Part shown: in pieces, positions 26,999 through 35,560 of the stretch
Numbering within the stretch: the stretch's first letter is position 1
Layout: every line of letters starts with the position of its first letter
Assembly: GCA_017409765.1 (NCBI GenBank)
Contig: JAFQSA010000057.1
Location: forward strand, 4,074-68,073
Direction: 5' to 3'
DNA length: 64,000 nucleotides
Origin: Clostridia bacterium
GTDB lineage: Bacteria > Bacillota > Clostridia > Christensenellales > CAG-314
Notes under the pieces: model-generated
Databases searched by the model: none
Told to the model about the DNA's origin: nothing
The model's input: the letters and a program-made list of their open reading frames with translations, nothing else
Translations under genes and position numbers: made by a program

Positions 26999-27754
26999 TT
27001 ATTTTTGGATAGCAGCCTTCAAGATTACAAGGTAATCCCACATGTCTGTCCATGTAGCACCTGTCTTAACGCCGTTTTTGTCAACCCATTCGTTGTCGTA
27101 AACACCAGTAGCGCCTTCTTGGTAACGAGAAGCTTGTTTGAAGTCTTCCTTAGCTGTGATAGCGTCAACACCGTTTTTAACAACGTATCTGCATGTAGCA
27201 TCAGCATTGATAGCCCAACCAGCAGCGGATTGACCGATGTTGCCGTTTGTGGACCAGTAACCGTTTTGGCTCTTGAGAAGTTTTGCAGCTGTCATGATTG
27301 TTTTGTCTTCCTTACCACCAATCATAACGGAAACTTCGTTTTTAGCAACTGCTTCGAAGTAGAGTTCGCAGTTAGCTTCGTCAGCAAAGAAGTCGAGCAT
27401 CTTTGTGGAACCAACTTGGTAGCCGTTTGTAGCATCGTAAACCATTTCTACGCCACCAAATCTAACTGTTTTGTAGAAGTGCTTTTGAACTTCGTTACCG
27501 TGGTCAAGAACTGTTGCTGTAACTGTATCAGCAGATGCTTCGGAAGCAACAATGTATGTTGGCAAGCAAGCTTCGTCAAGAGATGCGTCAAGAACTTTGT
27601 CGCCATCTACAAAAACAGTTGCCTTACCTACGTAGCCTTTGCCGTGTACAAGACCGTAAGCAGACTTTGTTTGAAGGGATTGACCGCAAGCAACAAGTGC
27701 AAGAGCGGAAACCATCATTACTACTGCAAGAGCAATAACAAGAATCTTTTTCAT
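26999..27754 (-). CDS. Lipoprotein with an expanded FMN-binding-like domain and a C-terminal TGAT flavinylation-type motif
   Basis: Lipobox LALVAC. N-terminal GKGYVGKATVFVDGDKVLDASL beta-hairpin block. C-terminal GVKTGATWTDMWDYLVILKAAIQK. The signal peptide is identical to the two downstream paralogues. Confidence 0.65.
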   Translation of the reverse strand: MKKILVIALAVVMMVSALALVACGQSLQTKSAYGLVHGKGYVGKATVFVDGDKVLDASLDEACLPTYIVASEASADTVTATVLDHGNEVQKHFYKTVRFGGVEMVYDATNGYQVGSTKMLDFFADEANCELYFEAVAKNEVSVMIGGKEDKTIMTAAKLLKSQNGYWSTNGNIGQSAAGWAINADATCRYVVKNGVDAITAKEDFKQASRYQEGATGVYDNEWVDKNGVKTGATWTDMWDYLVILKAAIQK

Positions 27755-27814
27755 TTTAGTTTTCTCCTATAAAAATATATTTTTGGGGATATGGAATTTG
27801 CTCCATACGCCTTC

Positions 27815-27843
27815 ATTATATCTATAATTGACATTCCGGTCAA
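27815..27843 (-). promoter_or_regulatory. Sigma-A promoter TTGACC-17-TATAAT of the 251-aa lipoprotein gene
   Basis: Read on the minus strand. Followed by the 5'-UTR hairpin TATGGA/TCCATA at 27790-27807. Confidence 0.7.
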
Positions 27844-28047
27844 GTCTATAACTACAAAAATCGTTATATTTTTTTACTATTGGGTTATAAATTTTATTTA
27901 TGGTTGTTGCGACAATATTATATCTTGTTTATAGATGCAAAATTGTTTTGTTGGATGTTTGATATCGCGCTACAAACAACTACAGCAAACAACGTTTGCG
28001 CAACAAAAAAATGACATACTTTGCAAAATTACCACAAAAATTGTAGC

Positions 28048-28076
28048 AAAAAAGGCACCCGACTTGGATGCCTTTT
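28048..28076 (-). terminator. Terminator of the 160-aa lipoprotein gene
   Basis: GGCATCCAAGTCGGGTGCC stem followed by a U-run on the minus strand. Confidence 0.75.
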
Positions 28077-28099
28077 GAGGTTTGCTAATTGAAGATCAA

Positions 28100-28582
28100 T
28101 TATTTTGCAAGTTTGCTAAGAGCGTTTTGGATAGCAAGGATTGTACGACCGGAAGATTGTGTAGCACCAGTAACATATTCAACACCTGTGATTGTTTTTG
28201 GTTGGCTCTTATCGTCACATTCTACTACGATAGCGTTAACTTCTTCAACTGTCATGCCTACAAAGCTTTGAGCAAAGCTGTCACGTTGAGCAAGCCAAGC
28301 TTGTTTACCTTCTGTTGGGTTACCATCTGGTTGATAGTTATCTGTCCAACCAGCGGAAACGTTGAAGAATGTTTCTGTATCAGCTGTAACTTCAATCTTT
28401 GTGATAGTTCCGTTAACAACAGTTACCTTAACTTTGCAACCGTAAGAGCTTTCGCCTGTTTCGTCGTGGCTGTTTTTGTAGCTGTATTCACCTTCAACAA
28501 CTTGTGGTTGAGCGCAAGCTGTAAGAGCGAAAACGGAAACCATCATTACTACTGCAAGAGCAATAACAAGAATCTTTTTCAT
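28100..28582 (-). CDS. FMN-binding domain lipoprotein (predicted ApbE substrate)
   Basis: Lipobox ALTAC. YGCKVKVTVVNGTITKIEV block. C-terminal EYVTGATQSSGRTILAIQNAL, which matches the [ST]GA[ST] flavinylation motif. Confidence 0.75.
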   Translation of the reverse strand: MKKILVIALAVVMMVSVFALTACAQPQVVEGEYSYKNSHDETGESSYGCKVKVTVVNGTITKIEVTADTETFFNVSAGWTDNYQPDGNPTEGKQAWLAQRDSFAQSFVGMTVEEVNAIVVECDDKSQPKTITGVEYVTGATQSSGRTILAIQNALSKLAK

Positions 28583-28641
28583 TTTTGTGTTCTCCTTAAA
28601 ATATATTTTTATTGTTATGAACTTTGATTCATACGAGCAAC

Positions 28642-28670
28642 ATTATATACCCATTTTTATAACAGGTCAA
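28642..28670 (-). promoter_or_regulatory. Sigma-A promoter TTGACC-17-TATAAT of the 160-aa lipoprotein gene
   Basis: Read on the minus strand. 5'-UTR hairpin TATGAA/TTCATA lies downstream. Confidence 0.7.
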
Positions 28671-28813
28671 GTTGTTGATTATAAATTGTTTATAAGTTTT
28701 TTATAATGTTGTTATAAGTTTTTGCTATGGATGTAACACAACTATGACACAAACCTTTGCCACTACAATACTATCGTTGTTGCAAACACGCTTATACACC
28801 AGGAAAATTGCAA

Positions 28814-28845
28814 CAAAAAAAGACACCCCCTTGGGATGCCTTTTT
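28814..28845 (-). terminator. Terminator of the 152-aa lipoprotein gene
   Basis: GGCATCC...GGGTGTC stem with G-U pairs, followed by a U-run on the minus strand. Confidence 0.6.
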
Positions 28846-28867
28846 GATTTTGCTAATTGCAAGTTAA

Positions 28868-29326
28868 TTATGCAGCAAGTTTGCTAAGAGCGTTTTGAAC
28901 AGCAACGATGATGCGTGCAGCGGAAACTGTACCACCTGTGATTGCCCAACCTTCGGTTGTAACGGATTGACCATCAGCTGTTGCTGTAGCAACGATAGCG
29001 TTAACTTCTGCAACTGTCATACCAACAAACTTGTTGAGGAATGCTTCGTAAGCGCCTTCAACTGCATCGAACTTTTCTTGTGTCCAACCATATTCTGGCA
29101 TTGGAGAGGAAGTTCTAACCCAACCAGTTTCTGCATCTGTGTAGAGTTTTACTTCTGTGATGATGTCGCCTTTAACTGTAACATCAACTTTAACACCATA
29201 CTTTGTGCCGTGGGAATTTTCGTACATGCATTCGCCTGTAACTGTTTGTGGTTGAACGCAAGCTGTGAGAGCAAAAGCGGAAACAACCATGATTACTGCA
29301 AGAGCAATAACAAGAATCTTTTTCAT
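28868..29326 (-). CDS. FMN-binding-domain-like lipoprotein with a variant acceptor motif (TGGT)
   Basis: Lipobox ALTAC. YGVKVDVTVKGDIITEVKL block. C-terminal WAITGGTVSAARIIVAVQNAL. Confidence 0.7.
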   Translation of the reverse strand: MKKILVIALAVIMVVSAFALTACVQPQTVTGECMYENSHGTKYGVKVDVTVKGDIITEVKLYTDAETGWVRTSSPMPEYGWTQEKFDAVEGAYEAFLNKFVGMTVAEVNAIVATATADGQSVTTEGWAITGGTVSAARIIVAVQNALSKLAA

Positions 29327-29381
29327 TTTCGTTTTCTCCTCTATAATATTTATTATTGCTATTTACATAGCAATTTAGTTC

Positions 29382-29410
29382 ATTATAGTGATTTTGGAGA
29401 ACGCGGTCAA
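29382..29410 (-). promoter_or_regulatory. Sigma-A promoter TTGACC-17-TATAAT of the 152-aa lipoprotein gene
   Basis: Read on the minus strand. 5'-UTR hairpin TTGCTAT/ATAGCAA lies downstream. Confidence 0.7.
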
Positions 29411-29685
29411 GCAGTTAAAAACAAGTTTTTGGTGATATTTTTTGCATGTTTTAGGTGTGTTTTAGCGATGTTTTAGTGATGTTTTTATGATATTATATGG
29501 TTGGTATAACCATCAAATATTGACATTGTGCGCCTTGTTTGATTGCTTGCGCAGGCAAAAACAGTTGGACGATTGACTGCAAGACAACGGAGCGAGGAAA
29601 CACATTGTGATTAGTCATTGCAAGTTGTGGCAACTATCAAAACGTTTTGAAATAGTTTTGTGGTGGGCAGTTTACGTTGATGTTT

Positions 29686-30252
29686 TTACTCGCCAAACAT
29701 TTTGAGTTTTACCCTTTGGTTGAGTTTGCAAAGGGGCGCAAAACCGATGGCGAAAAGAGCCAAGTTGCACAGCACTTGTGTGGCGTAGAAGGGAATGCCT
29801 GCTAGGTACATTGCAACAAATCGCTTGCCAAAGTTATCGAAATCGAAAAAGAATCCGCCACCTTGAACAAAGCCCACGCAGGTATCCACACCGCTTGTGA
29901 GCAAGCCAAACAATGCCGACATCACAACTGCCAAAGTTGTTGCAAGCACAACCTTTGCCAACTTGCCCACCTTGATTTTGGAAAGTAACCAAAAAGCAAT
30001 GGCAAGGCAATTCCAATGGATGACGTAGCTGATAACCCAGGTGTTTGGGCCAAAGATTGCAACGTCGATGGCGATGAATACAAATACTGCAGGCAAAGCC
30101 ACCCCAAGCCCCCAAACGTAGGAACAAAGGGCAACAACAATTGTAACAACCTCCACGTTGGGGATTGCCGAAAGCGCTTGTTTGCCACCCACAAGCAATG
30201 CGGAAAACATTGCCGTGATGGCGATGTAGAGTGCGGGATTTTTGCGTTTCAT
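29686..30252 (-). CDS. ECF-transporter S-component-like membrane protein (possibly cobalamin-specific, CbrT-like)
   Basis: ATG at 30252 (MKRKNPALYIAITAMFSALL). ~188 aa with 5-6 TM helices. Lies downstream of the B12-riboswitch-controlled DUF4430 gene. No clear SD. Confidence 0.5.
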   Translation of the reverse strand: MKRKNPALYIAITAMFSALLVGGKQALSAIPNVEVVTIVVALCSYVWGLGVALPAVFVFIAIDVAIFGPNTWVISYVIHWNCLAIAFWLLSKIKVGKLAKVVLATTLAVVMSALFGLLTSGVDTCVGFVQGGGFFFDFDNFGKRFVAMYLAGIPFYATQVLCNLALFAIGFAPLCKLNQRVKLKMFGE

Positions 30253-30370
30253 AGTTGATGTTTGTTTGATAGATAATTTATGCCTTGTGCTTATTAGAAT
30301 ACCATCAATATCTTTGAGCAAAACGGAAAGCGATATGATGATATAGATGTGTGGTATTTCGAATAGTTTT

Positions 30371-30416
30371 GCCCTCTCCGTCTTGCTACGCAATCCACCT
30401 CCCCCAAAGTGGGAGG
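30371..30416 (+). repeat. Family B intergenic repeat
   Basis: GCCCTCTCCGTCTTGCTACGCAATCCACCTCCCCCAAAGTGGGAGG. Confidence 0.75.
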
Positions 30417-30547
30417 CATCGTGTCGCGTATTAAACGCGTCGCGCACAAAGTGGAAGCCATCGCGAGTTGTTGAATTATGCCGTGTCATCCAACGGGGAA
30501 AGCGCTTGCCACGATATAATTTTAGTTACTATGCTACAATTTGCGTG

Positions 30548-30575
30548 TTTTTTGGGGATACGTGTGCTGTTTTTG
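30548..30575 (+). repeat. Family C motif copy (TTTTTTGGGGATACGTGTGCTGTTTTTG)
   Basis: Lies 6 nt downstream of the DUF4430 stop codon, co-oriented with that gene. Confidence 0.75.
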
Positions 30576-30580
30576 ACAAT

Positions 30581-31078
30581 CTAGAAGGTGGAAATTTCGA
30601 AGTAGAAAATTGCGCCACTTTGCACTTTGGCATCACTAACGCCCACTTGTGCGGACACAATTTGTGTGCCATCCACGTTGTAGGTGGGAACGCCTGCCCA
30701 GTTGCCTTTGTCGCTTTCCACCGTAGTGAAAAATGCGACAAACTCGTTTTTGGATGCATCCGGCACCGCTTTGCCAATGGCGTTGAGCATCTTGCCGTAG
30801 TCGCTGTCCATCCAATCCAAATGCATGCCGTTTTCCTTGAGGTAAGCAAGCACGTCTTCCACCGAAGTCATATCCTCGGACAATGTTACGGTGTAGCTTG
30901 TGTAGTCGCTTTCGCCATTTTTGATGATTACTGCAACTTGGCCTTGCTTGAGAGTGGGCAACTCAAGTTTATCAAGTGCCTTTTCGGTGGGTTTTTCCAC
31001 ACAGGCAACCAAACCAGTTGCACAAACAACAAGCACCACCATCAAAATCCACGTTAACAGTTTTGTTGTGTTTTTCAT
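30581..31078 (-). CDS. DUF4430-type (transcobalamin-like beta-grasp) lipoprotein
   Basis: ATG at 31078 with an AAAGGAGA SD. Lipobox GLVAC. Blocks SVEDVLAYLKENGMHLDWMDSDYGKMLNAI and AKVQSGAIFYFEI, typical of DUF4430. Confidence 0.7.
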   Translation of the reverse strand: MKNTTKLLTWILMVVLVVCATGLVACVEKPTEKALDKLELPTLKQGQVAVIIKNGESDYTSYTVTLSEDMTSVEDVLAYLKENGMHLDWMDSDYGKMLNAIGKAVPDASKNEFVAFFTTVESDKGNWAGVPTYNVDGTQIVSAQVGVSDAKVQSGAIFYFEISTF

Positions 31079-31162
31079 AGTTATTCTCCTTTGCAACATT
31101 TGTTGCGCTATTCTAACACAATTTTCCGTGTGGAGTTGATGTTTTTTGCCAAAAATGCAATA

Positions 31163-31190
31163 AAAATCGCCGATACGTCGTTGTTTTTTG
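31163..31190 (+). repeat. Family C motif copy (AAAAATCGCCGATACGTCGTTGTTTTTTG)
   Basis: Lies inside the 5' UTR, between the riboswitch terminator and the DUF4430 ATG. Confidence 0.75.
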
Positions 31191-31216
31191 TAGGATTGCG
31201 CAGTCATTTTGCCAAC

Positions 31217-31255
31217 AAAAAAGCCACGGCAAAGTTCACATCAAATTTGCGTGGC
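31217..31255 (-). terminator. Riboswitch expression-platform terminator
   Basis: GCCACGCAAA...TTTGCCGTGGC stem followed by U6 on the minus strand. Confidence 0.7.
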
Positions 31256-31440
31256 AAAAATGAGTTGAATCTTTGCATCGAAGACCACTCGAAAATTGTT
31301 GCAGTTGGGCATTCGGACTTGGCAATGCCTTACCGTAGCGGGACTGTCAATGATTTGCACATTGTTCCCCCACAAATGCGATTGTTACAATTCAATTTGT
31401 AAGATACCAACAACGTTTTCCATCGTAAAGTGGGTGCTTT
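31256..31440 (-). promoter_or_regulatory. Cobalamin (B12) riboswitch
   Basis: The minus strand reads GGGAAC-AATGTGCAAATCATTG-ACAGTCCCGCTACGGTAAGG and then GCCAAGTCCGAATGCCC. This matches the GGGAA / GGUG.AAAUCC / CCCGC.AC.GUAAG core and a B12-box-like segment. The downstream genes are a typical B12 regulon. Confidence 0.75.
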
Positions 31441-31691
31441 TGCAAAGATTTTGGGTTGTTTGCAACCTTTTTTGCAAAAATGCACTACTTTGTGCAGAAA
31501 ATTTGTTTGGCAACACTTTACACATCGAGGATTGTTCACGCAACCTGCAAACTATTGTGTTGTGGGATAATTATACATCAAAACGTCCAACTGTACAAGT
31601 AAATTTGCAATTTTGTTTGCAGATATTGACGGATAGAATATTTATTAGTATAATCAATATAACAATTTGCGGAAAAGTTCAAACAATTTGG

Positions 31692-31724
31692 CAAAAAAAT
31701 TGCGTTGAACGTTTCCTGTTAAAG
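31692..31724 (-). repeat. Family C motif, degenerate, opposite orientation (CAAAAAAATTGCGTTGAACGTTTCCTGTTAAAG)
   Basis: Lies 62 nt upstream of the plus-strand protease gene, co-oriented with it. Confidence 0.35.
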
Positions 31725-31785
31725 CGGTCGATTGGTAACGTCTTGCCAAATCGCCCAGCCTACACCTACCAAAGGGGGTACATCT

Positions 31786-34353
31786 ATGAAAAAGTTAGCA
31801 TTAGCTTTGCTGATGGTTTTGTGCGTCACTTGCCTGTTTTGCGCTTGTGATTTTATGGAAGAGCCGTGCACAATCACAACGGAAAAAAGCAGATACACCG
31901 TCTACGTTGGGGACACGGTAGACTACAAAAGTTACTTTACAATCACTAGCGCTACAGGGGAAAACGTGCCCGTTACCGACGACATGATTTCCGCGCCTGA
32001 TGCGGACTTGACAAGGCCATGGTCTTTCCTTGTGACATGCGCCTACCAAGGCGTTTCCAAATCCATCATCATCTCGGTGGAAAACAAACCTGGTGCGCAC
32101 ACCCACCAATTTGCCGATGCAACCTGCACCGCTCCAAAGACATGTTCTTGTGGAATTACCGAAGGCGAGGCGCTTGGTCACACAGAAAAGGTTGTGGATG
32201 CAACACCTGCCACTTGCACACAAAGCGGTCTAACCGAGGGCAAGGTTTGCTCCGTTTGCAACGAGGTGCTTGTGGCGCAACAAAGCGTTACAGCAACAGG
32301 TCACACCGAGCCAAACGCTCAAGGACGATGCGCTACTTGTGGCGAACAACTGCTACTTTCCACTTTGGATCTTGCCGATGCCATGGCAAAGTGCAATAAG
32401 TACGAAAAGTGGAACTTTGCTGTGAAGTTTGACGTGTCCGTTGCGGACAAATCCCTTGCGGAAGAGTACGCCTACACATACATCTACTACTACGACGGAG
32501 TAAACTTCTACTACAGCGACGTTGAAGGCAGTTTTTACGACTACATCGTCTACACCGACGACAACATCTTGTACTACTTGGATAACGAAAACGGAACGCA
32601 CTCGCTTTTGACTGCCGAGGATGATGCCTTTTACGATTGGTATCCCTACTTGGATTTTATCGAATTGACAACACTTGTACAATTTAACTTTGAGACAAAT
32701 GGCAACCGCTTTTCGGCAAGTTTGCCAAATGCTGTTGGCGAAGAGGTTATCGGTGGCTACGAGGATTGCGTGTACACCGCATTTGATATCTACGTTGTGG
32801 ACGACGTGATTGTAAAGATTGTGGCAATTCAACAAGACTATCAACTGAACACAACCTTTACCTACACGTTGGAGTTTTACAACCACGGCAACATCACAAT
32901 GGACACAAGCAAGTTGGTTGTGGAAAACGACCCCAGCCTTGACCAAGGTGGCGGAGAAACTCCACCAGTTGACGGCGGAACAATGCCTGAGCAAGTGTTT
33001 GACGAAAACAATCACGTGGACTACGACGACATTTTGTACGATGCCATCACCGACTACGACGACAAAAACTACTACTTGCCATCTACTGGATTGCCATCAC
33101 AAGGCAAGTACAACGTGCTTGTTGTACCTGTGGAGTTTTCCAACGACGTTTTTACCGCGCAAGAACTAGAAGACATTGCAAAAGTGTTCAACAATCAATC
33201 GGCAACCGGTTGGCAAAGTGTTGCAAGTTACTACAAAACCTCCTCCTACGGAAAGTTGGACTTGACCTTTGATATTGCTGACAAAGTTTCCTTGAGCGCA
33301 ACCTACCAAAGTTTCAACAAGGCGGACACCAATGGCGAAAAGGACTACGGTCAAAGCATCTTTAAGCAAGCATTGGATAAACTTGATGCGCGCGGATTTG
33401 ACTTTTCCAAGTACGACTACGATAACAACGGCATTATTGATGGTGTGTACATCATCTACAGCGCGCCAGTTGACTACGACACAACCGACTACTACTGGGC
33501 GTACGTAACCGCCTACACCGCTGATGACCAAACGGAGTACGACAATCTGTTGCCCTACACCTACCTGTTTGCAAGTGTGGACTTTGCCTACGAGGATATC
33601 GAAACAAGCGACCCTGAGGAGTTTAGCCCCATTGCTAGTCTAAAACTAAACGCAACAACCTACATCCACGAAACGGGCCACATGTTGGGATTGGACGACT
33701 ACTACGACTACATGCCTGACCAAGGTAGCGACCAAGGTTTGGGCGGTGCGGACATGATGGACTACACCGCGGGCGACCACAATGCCTACTCCAAGTTGTT
33801 GCTTGGTTGGGTAAAGCCAACGGTTGTAACGTCATCACAAACTGTGACCATCAACCCACTGGAAAGTAGCGGACAGTTCATCATTGTGCTACTGGACTAC
33901 AACGGAACGTACTTTAGCGAATACTTGATCATCGATTTGTACTCCGCAACGGGACTAAACGAGATGCACGCCAACGTGGAAGGTAGTTACCTCTACGAAG
34001 GGGCAAAATTTGGTGCGCGTATCTATCACGTTGACGCCACCATCAACATCCCCTACAACGAAAATGACACCTACCAATCCTTTACAGATAACAACAACTC
34101 CACCACAGCGCATCCGTTGTTGCAGTTGGTGGAAGCGGACGGCGACAAGAATTTTGAAAGCGAAGGGGAATACTACCAAGGTCAATACTACACCCAGGCG
34201 GGCGCAGACGACTTGTGGCAAACGGGCGACGTGTTTAGAAACGTCCATCCATACTACACTCGCCACGATGGCAAGGAAGTAAACTTTGATATCACATTTG
34301 ATAGCGTAACTGCAACAAGCGCAACCATTACAATATCTTTTGACTACGAATAG
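31786..34353 (+). CDS. M6-like (immune inhibitor A-type) zinc metalloprotease lipoprotein with N-terminal Cys-rich repeats
   Basis: ATG at 31786 with an AAAGGGGG SD. Lipobox-like LFCAC. Three ATC-x-G/CxxC modules (ATCTAPKTCSCG, ATCTQSGLTEGKVCSVCN, RCATCG). M6-type start KYNVLVVPVEFSND. HExxH site IHETGHMLGLDDYYDY. Confidence 0.75.
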   Translation: MKKLALALLMVLCVTCLFCACDFMEEPCTITTEKSRYTVYVGDTVDYKSYFTITSATGENVPVTDDMISAPDADLTRPWSFLVTCAYQGVSKSIIISVENKPGAHTHQFADATCTAPKTCSCGITEGEALGHTEKVVDATPATCTQSGLTEGKVCSVCNEVLVAQQSVTATGHTEPNAQGRCATCGEQLLLSTLDLADAMAKCNKYEKWNFAVKFDVSVADKSLAEEYAYTYIYYYDGVNFYYSDVEGSFYDYIVYTDDNILYYLDNENGTHSLLTAEDDAFYDWYPYLDFIELTTLVQFNFETNGNRFSASLPNAVGEEVIGGYEDCVYTAFDIYVVDDVIVKIVAIQQDYQLNTTFTYTLEFYNHGNITMDTSKLVVENDPSLDQGGGETPPVDGGTMPEQVFDENNHVDYDDILYDAITDYDDKNYYLPSTGLPSQGKYNVLVVPVEFSNDVFTAQELEDIAKVFNNQSATGWQSVASYYKTSSYGKLDLTFDIADKVSLSATYQSFNKADTNGEKDYGQSIFKQALDKLDARGFDFSKYDYDNNGIIDGVYIIYSAPVDYDTTDYYWAYVTAYTADDQTEYDNLLPYTYLFASVDFAYEDIETSDPEEFSPIASLKLNATTYIHETGHMLGLDDYYDYMPDQGSDQGLGGADMMDYTAGDHNAYSKLLLGWVKPTVVTSSQTVTINPLESSGQFIIVLLDYNGTYFSEYLIIDLYSATGLNEMHANVEGSYLYEGAKFGARIYHVDATINIPYNENDTYQSFTDNNNSTTAHPLLQLVEADGDKNFESEGEYYQGQYYTQAGADDLWQTGDVFRNVHPYYTRHDGKEVNFDITFDSVTATSATITISFDYE

Positions 34354-34526
34354 TTGTTGCGCCGTTGAGCAAACGTAAACTACTACAAAATAGATTGGTT
34401 TTGAACAATACTTGTGAGTGTTGCTACACAATGCTGTGAGGTGCGCTACACAATACTGATTGGTTGTATTCTAACTACATTGATAGATTGAAAAATCTAA
34501 CAGTCCAAAACTAAAACAAAACATAA

Positions 34527-34562
34527 ATAAAACCGCCTTGGAAAGCCCAAAGCGGTTTTTTG
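34527..34562. terminator. Bidirectional terminator between the protease and yfcE-like genes
   Basis: AACCGCCTTGG-aaagc-CCAAAGCGGTT stem flanked by A- and T-runs. Confidence 0.7.
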
Positions 34563-34702
34563 TTTTAGATAATGTAGTAAACTTCGATAATGAATTTTAG
34601 TAAACTCCTCATAAAATCCGTTGATAAAACAACTCCCAACACAAAATATCCAAAAGCGATAAATCCGCAAGGAAATTCTGCAAAACGTTGACAATTTGTG
34701 CG

Positions 34703-34731
34703 TTTTTCAAGGGGACGTGGTTGTTTTTTTG
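34703..34731 (+). repeat. Family C motif copy (TTTTTCAAGGGGACGTGGTTGTTTTTTTG)
   Basis: Lies 65 nt downstream of the yfcE-like stop codon, co-oriented with that gene. Confidence 0.7.
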
Positions 34732-34795
34732 CATTTACAAGGGCTGGAGTGCGCATCAATTTGCACCCAAAAGCATTCCCTTGCAGAGCGCAAAA

Positions 34796-35338
34796 CTACA
34801 TTTTGTAGGTCTTGTATGGTGTGCCTTCGAGGTCTTTCCAAGTGAACAGACCATCTTGCAAAACAAGGTAACTGTGGGGGCTTTGTTCCTTGGGGATGGA
34901 AACTGAGCCACAGTTGATGTAGAGATTGTTGTTGCCGAAAGTTTCCACCGTGGGCACGTGGAAGTGGCCGTTTACAAGCACGTCGCCACTTGCTAATGCT
35001 GGTGGATTGGATTTGCTGTGAACGTGTCCATGGGAGCAAAAGATTGTTTTTCCGTCGACAAACAGCATGGCATTTTCCACAACGGGGAAGTGTAGGAGCA
35101 TTTGGTCGATATCGGCATCGCAGTTGCCCTCTACCCAAATGATACGATCGGCAATTGTGTTGAGCAGTTCCGCAACCTTTTGTGGGTTGTAGTCCATTGG
35201 CAATGGATTGCGTGGGCCGTGGTACAAAACGTCCCCCAAAATTACAAGTTTGGTGGGGTTTTCGTCGTGAAAACAATCAACAAGTTGTTTGCAAAAATGC
35301 GCTGAGCCGTGGATATCGCTTGCTATCATAAGTTTCAT
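34796..35338 (-). CDS. YfcE/MJ0936-family metallophosphoesterase
   Basis: 180 aa. MKLMIASDIHGS, ILGDVLYHGPRN, GNCD and GHFH metal-ligand blocks. Confidence 0.85.
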   Translation of the reverse strand: MKLMIASDIHGSAHFCKQLVDCFHDENPTKLVILGDVLYHGPRNPLPMDYNPQKVAELLNTIADRIIWVEGNCDADIDQMLLHFPVVENAMLFVDGKTIFCSHGHVHSKSNPPALASGDVLVNGHFHVPTVETFGNNNLYINCGSVSIPKEQSPHSYLVLQDGLFTWKDLEGTPYKTYKM

Positions 35339-35560
35339 AGTGAGTACTTCCTTGCATATATTAGCACCATTTTACCATTTTTTGTGGAAACTGGCAAGAG
35401 GATTACACAAAATGACAAAGGACATATCCAAATTGACCGTATTGGCTACTTTGAAAATGCCCTTCGAGATGGTATGTTGAAAAAGTTTTGCAACTTCACT
35501 ATTGATAAGGTTGTTGCAAATGTAGTGTGCTGCCCACTAGCACAAAAATACTTTGAAAAA

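Noticed and set aside
26999-29326. The three similar lipoprotein genes as a mobile or phase-variable cassette array.
   Set aside because: I see no recombinase, no inverted repeats bracketing the promoters, and no silent/expressed asymmetry. Each copy has a complete promoter, SD and terminator. Ordinary diverged tandem paralogues is the simpler reading.
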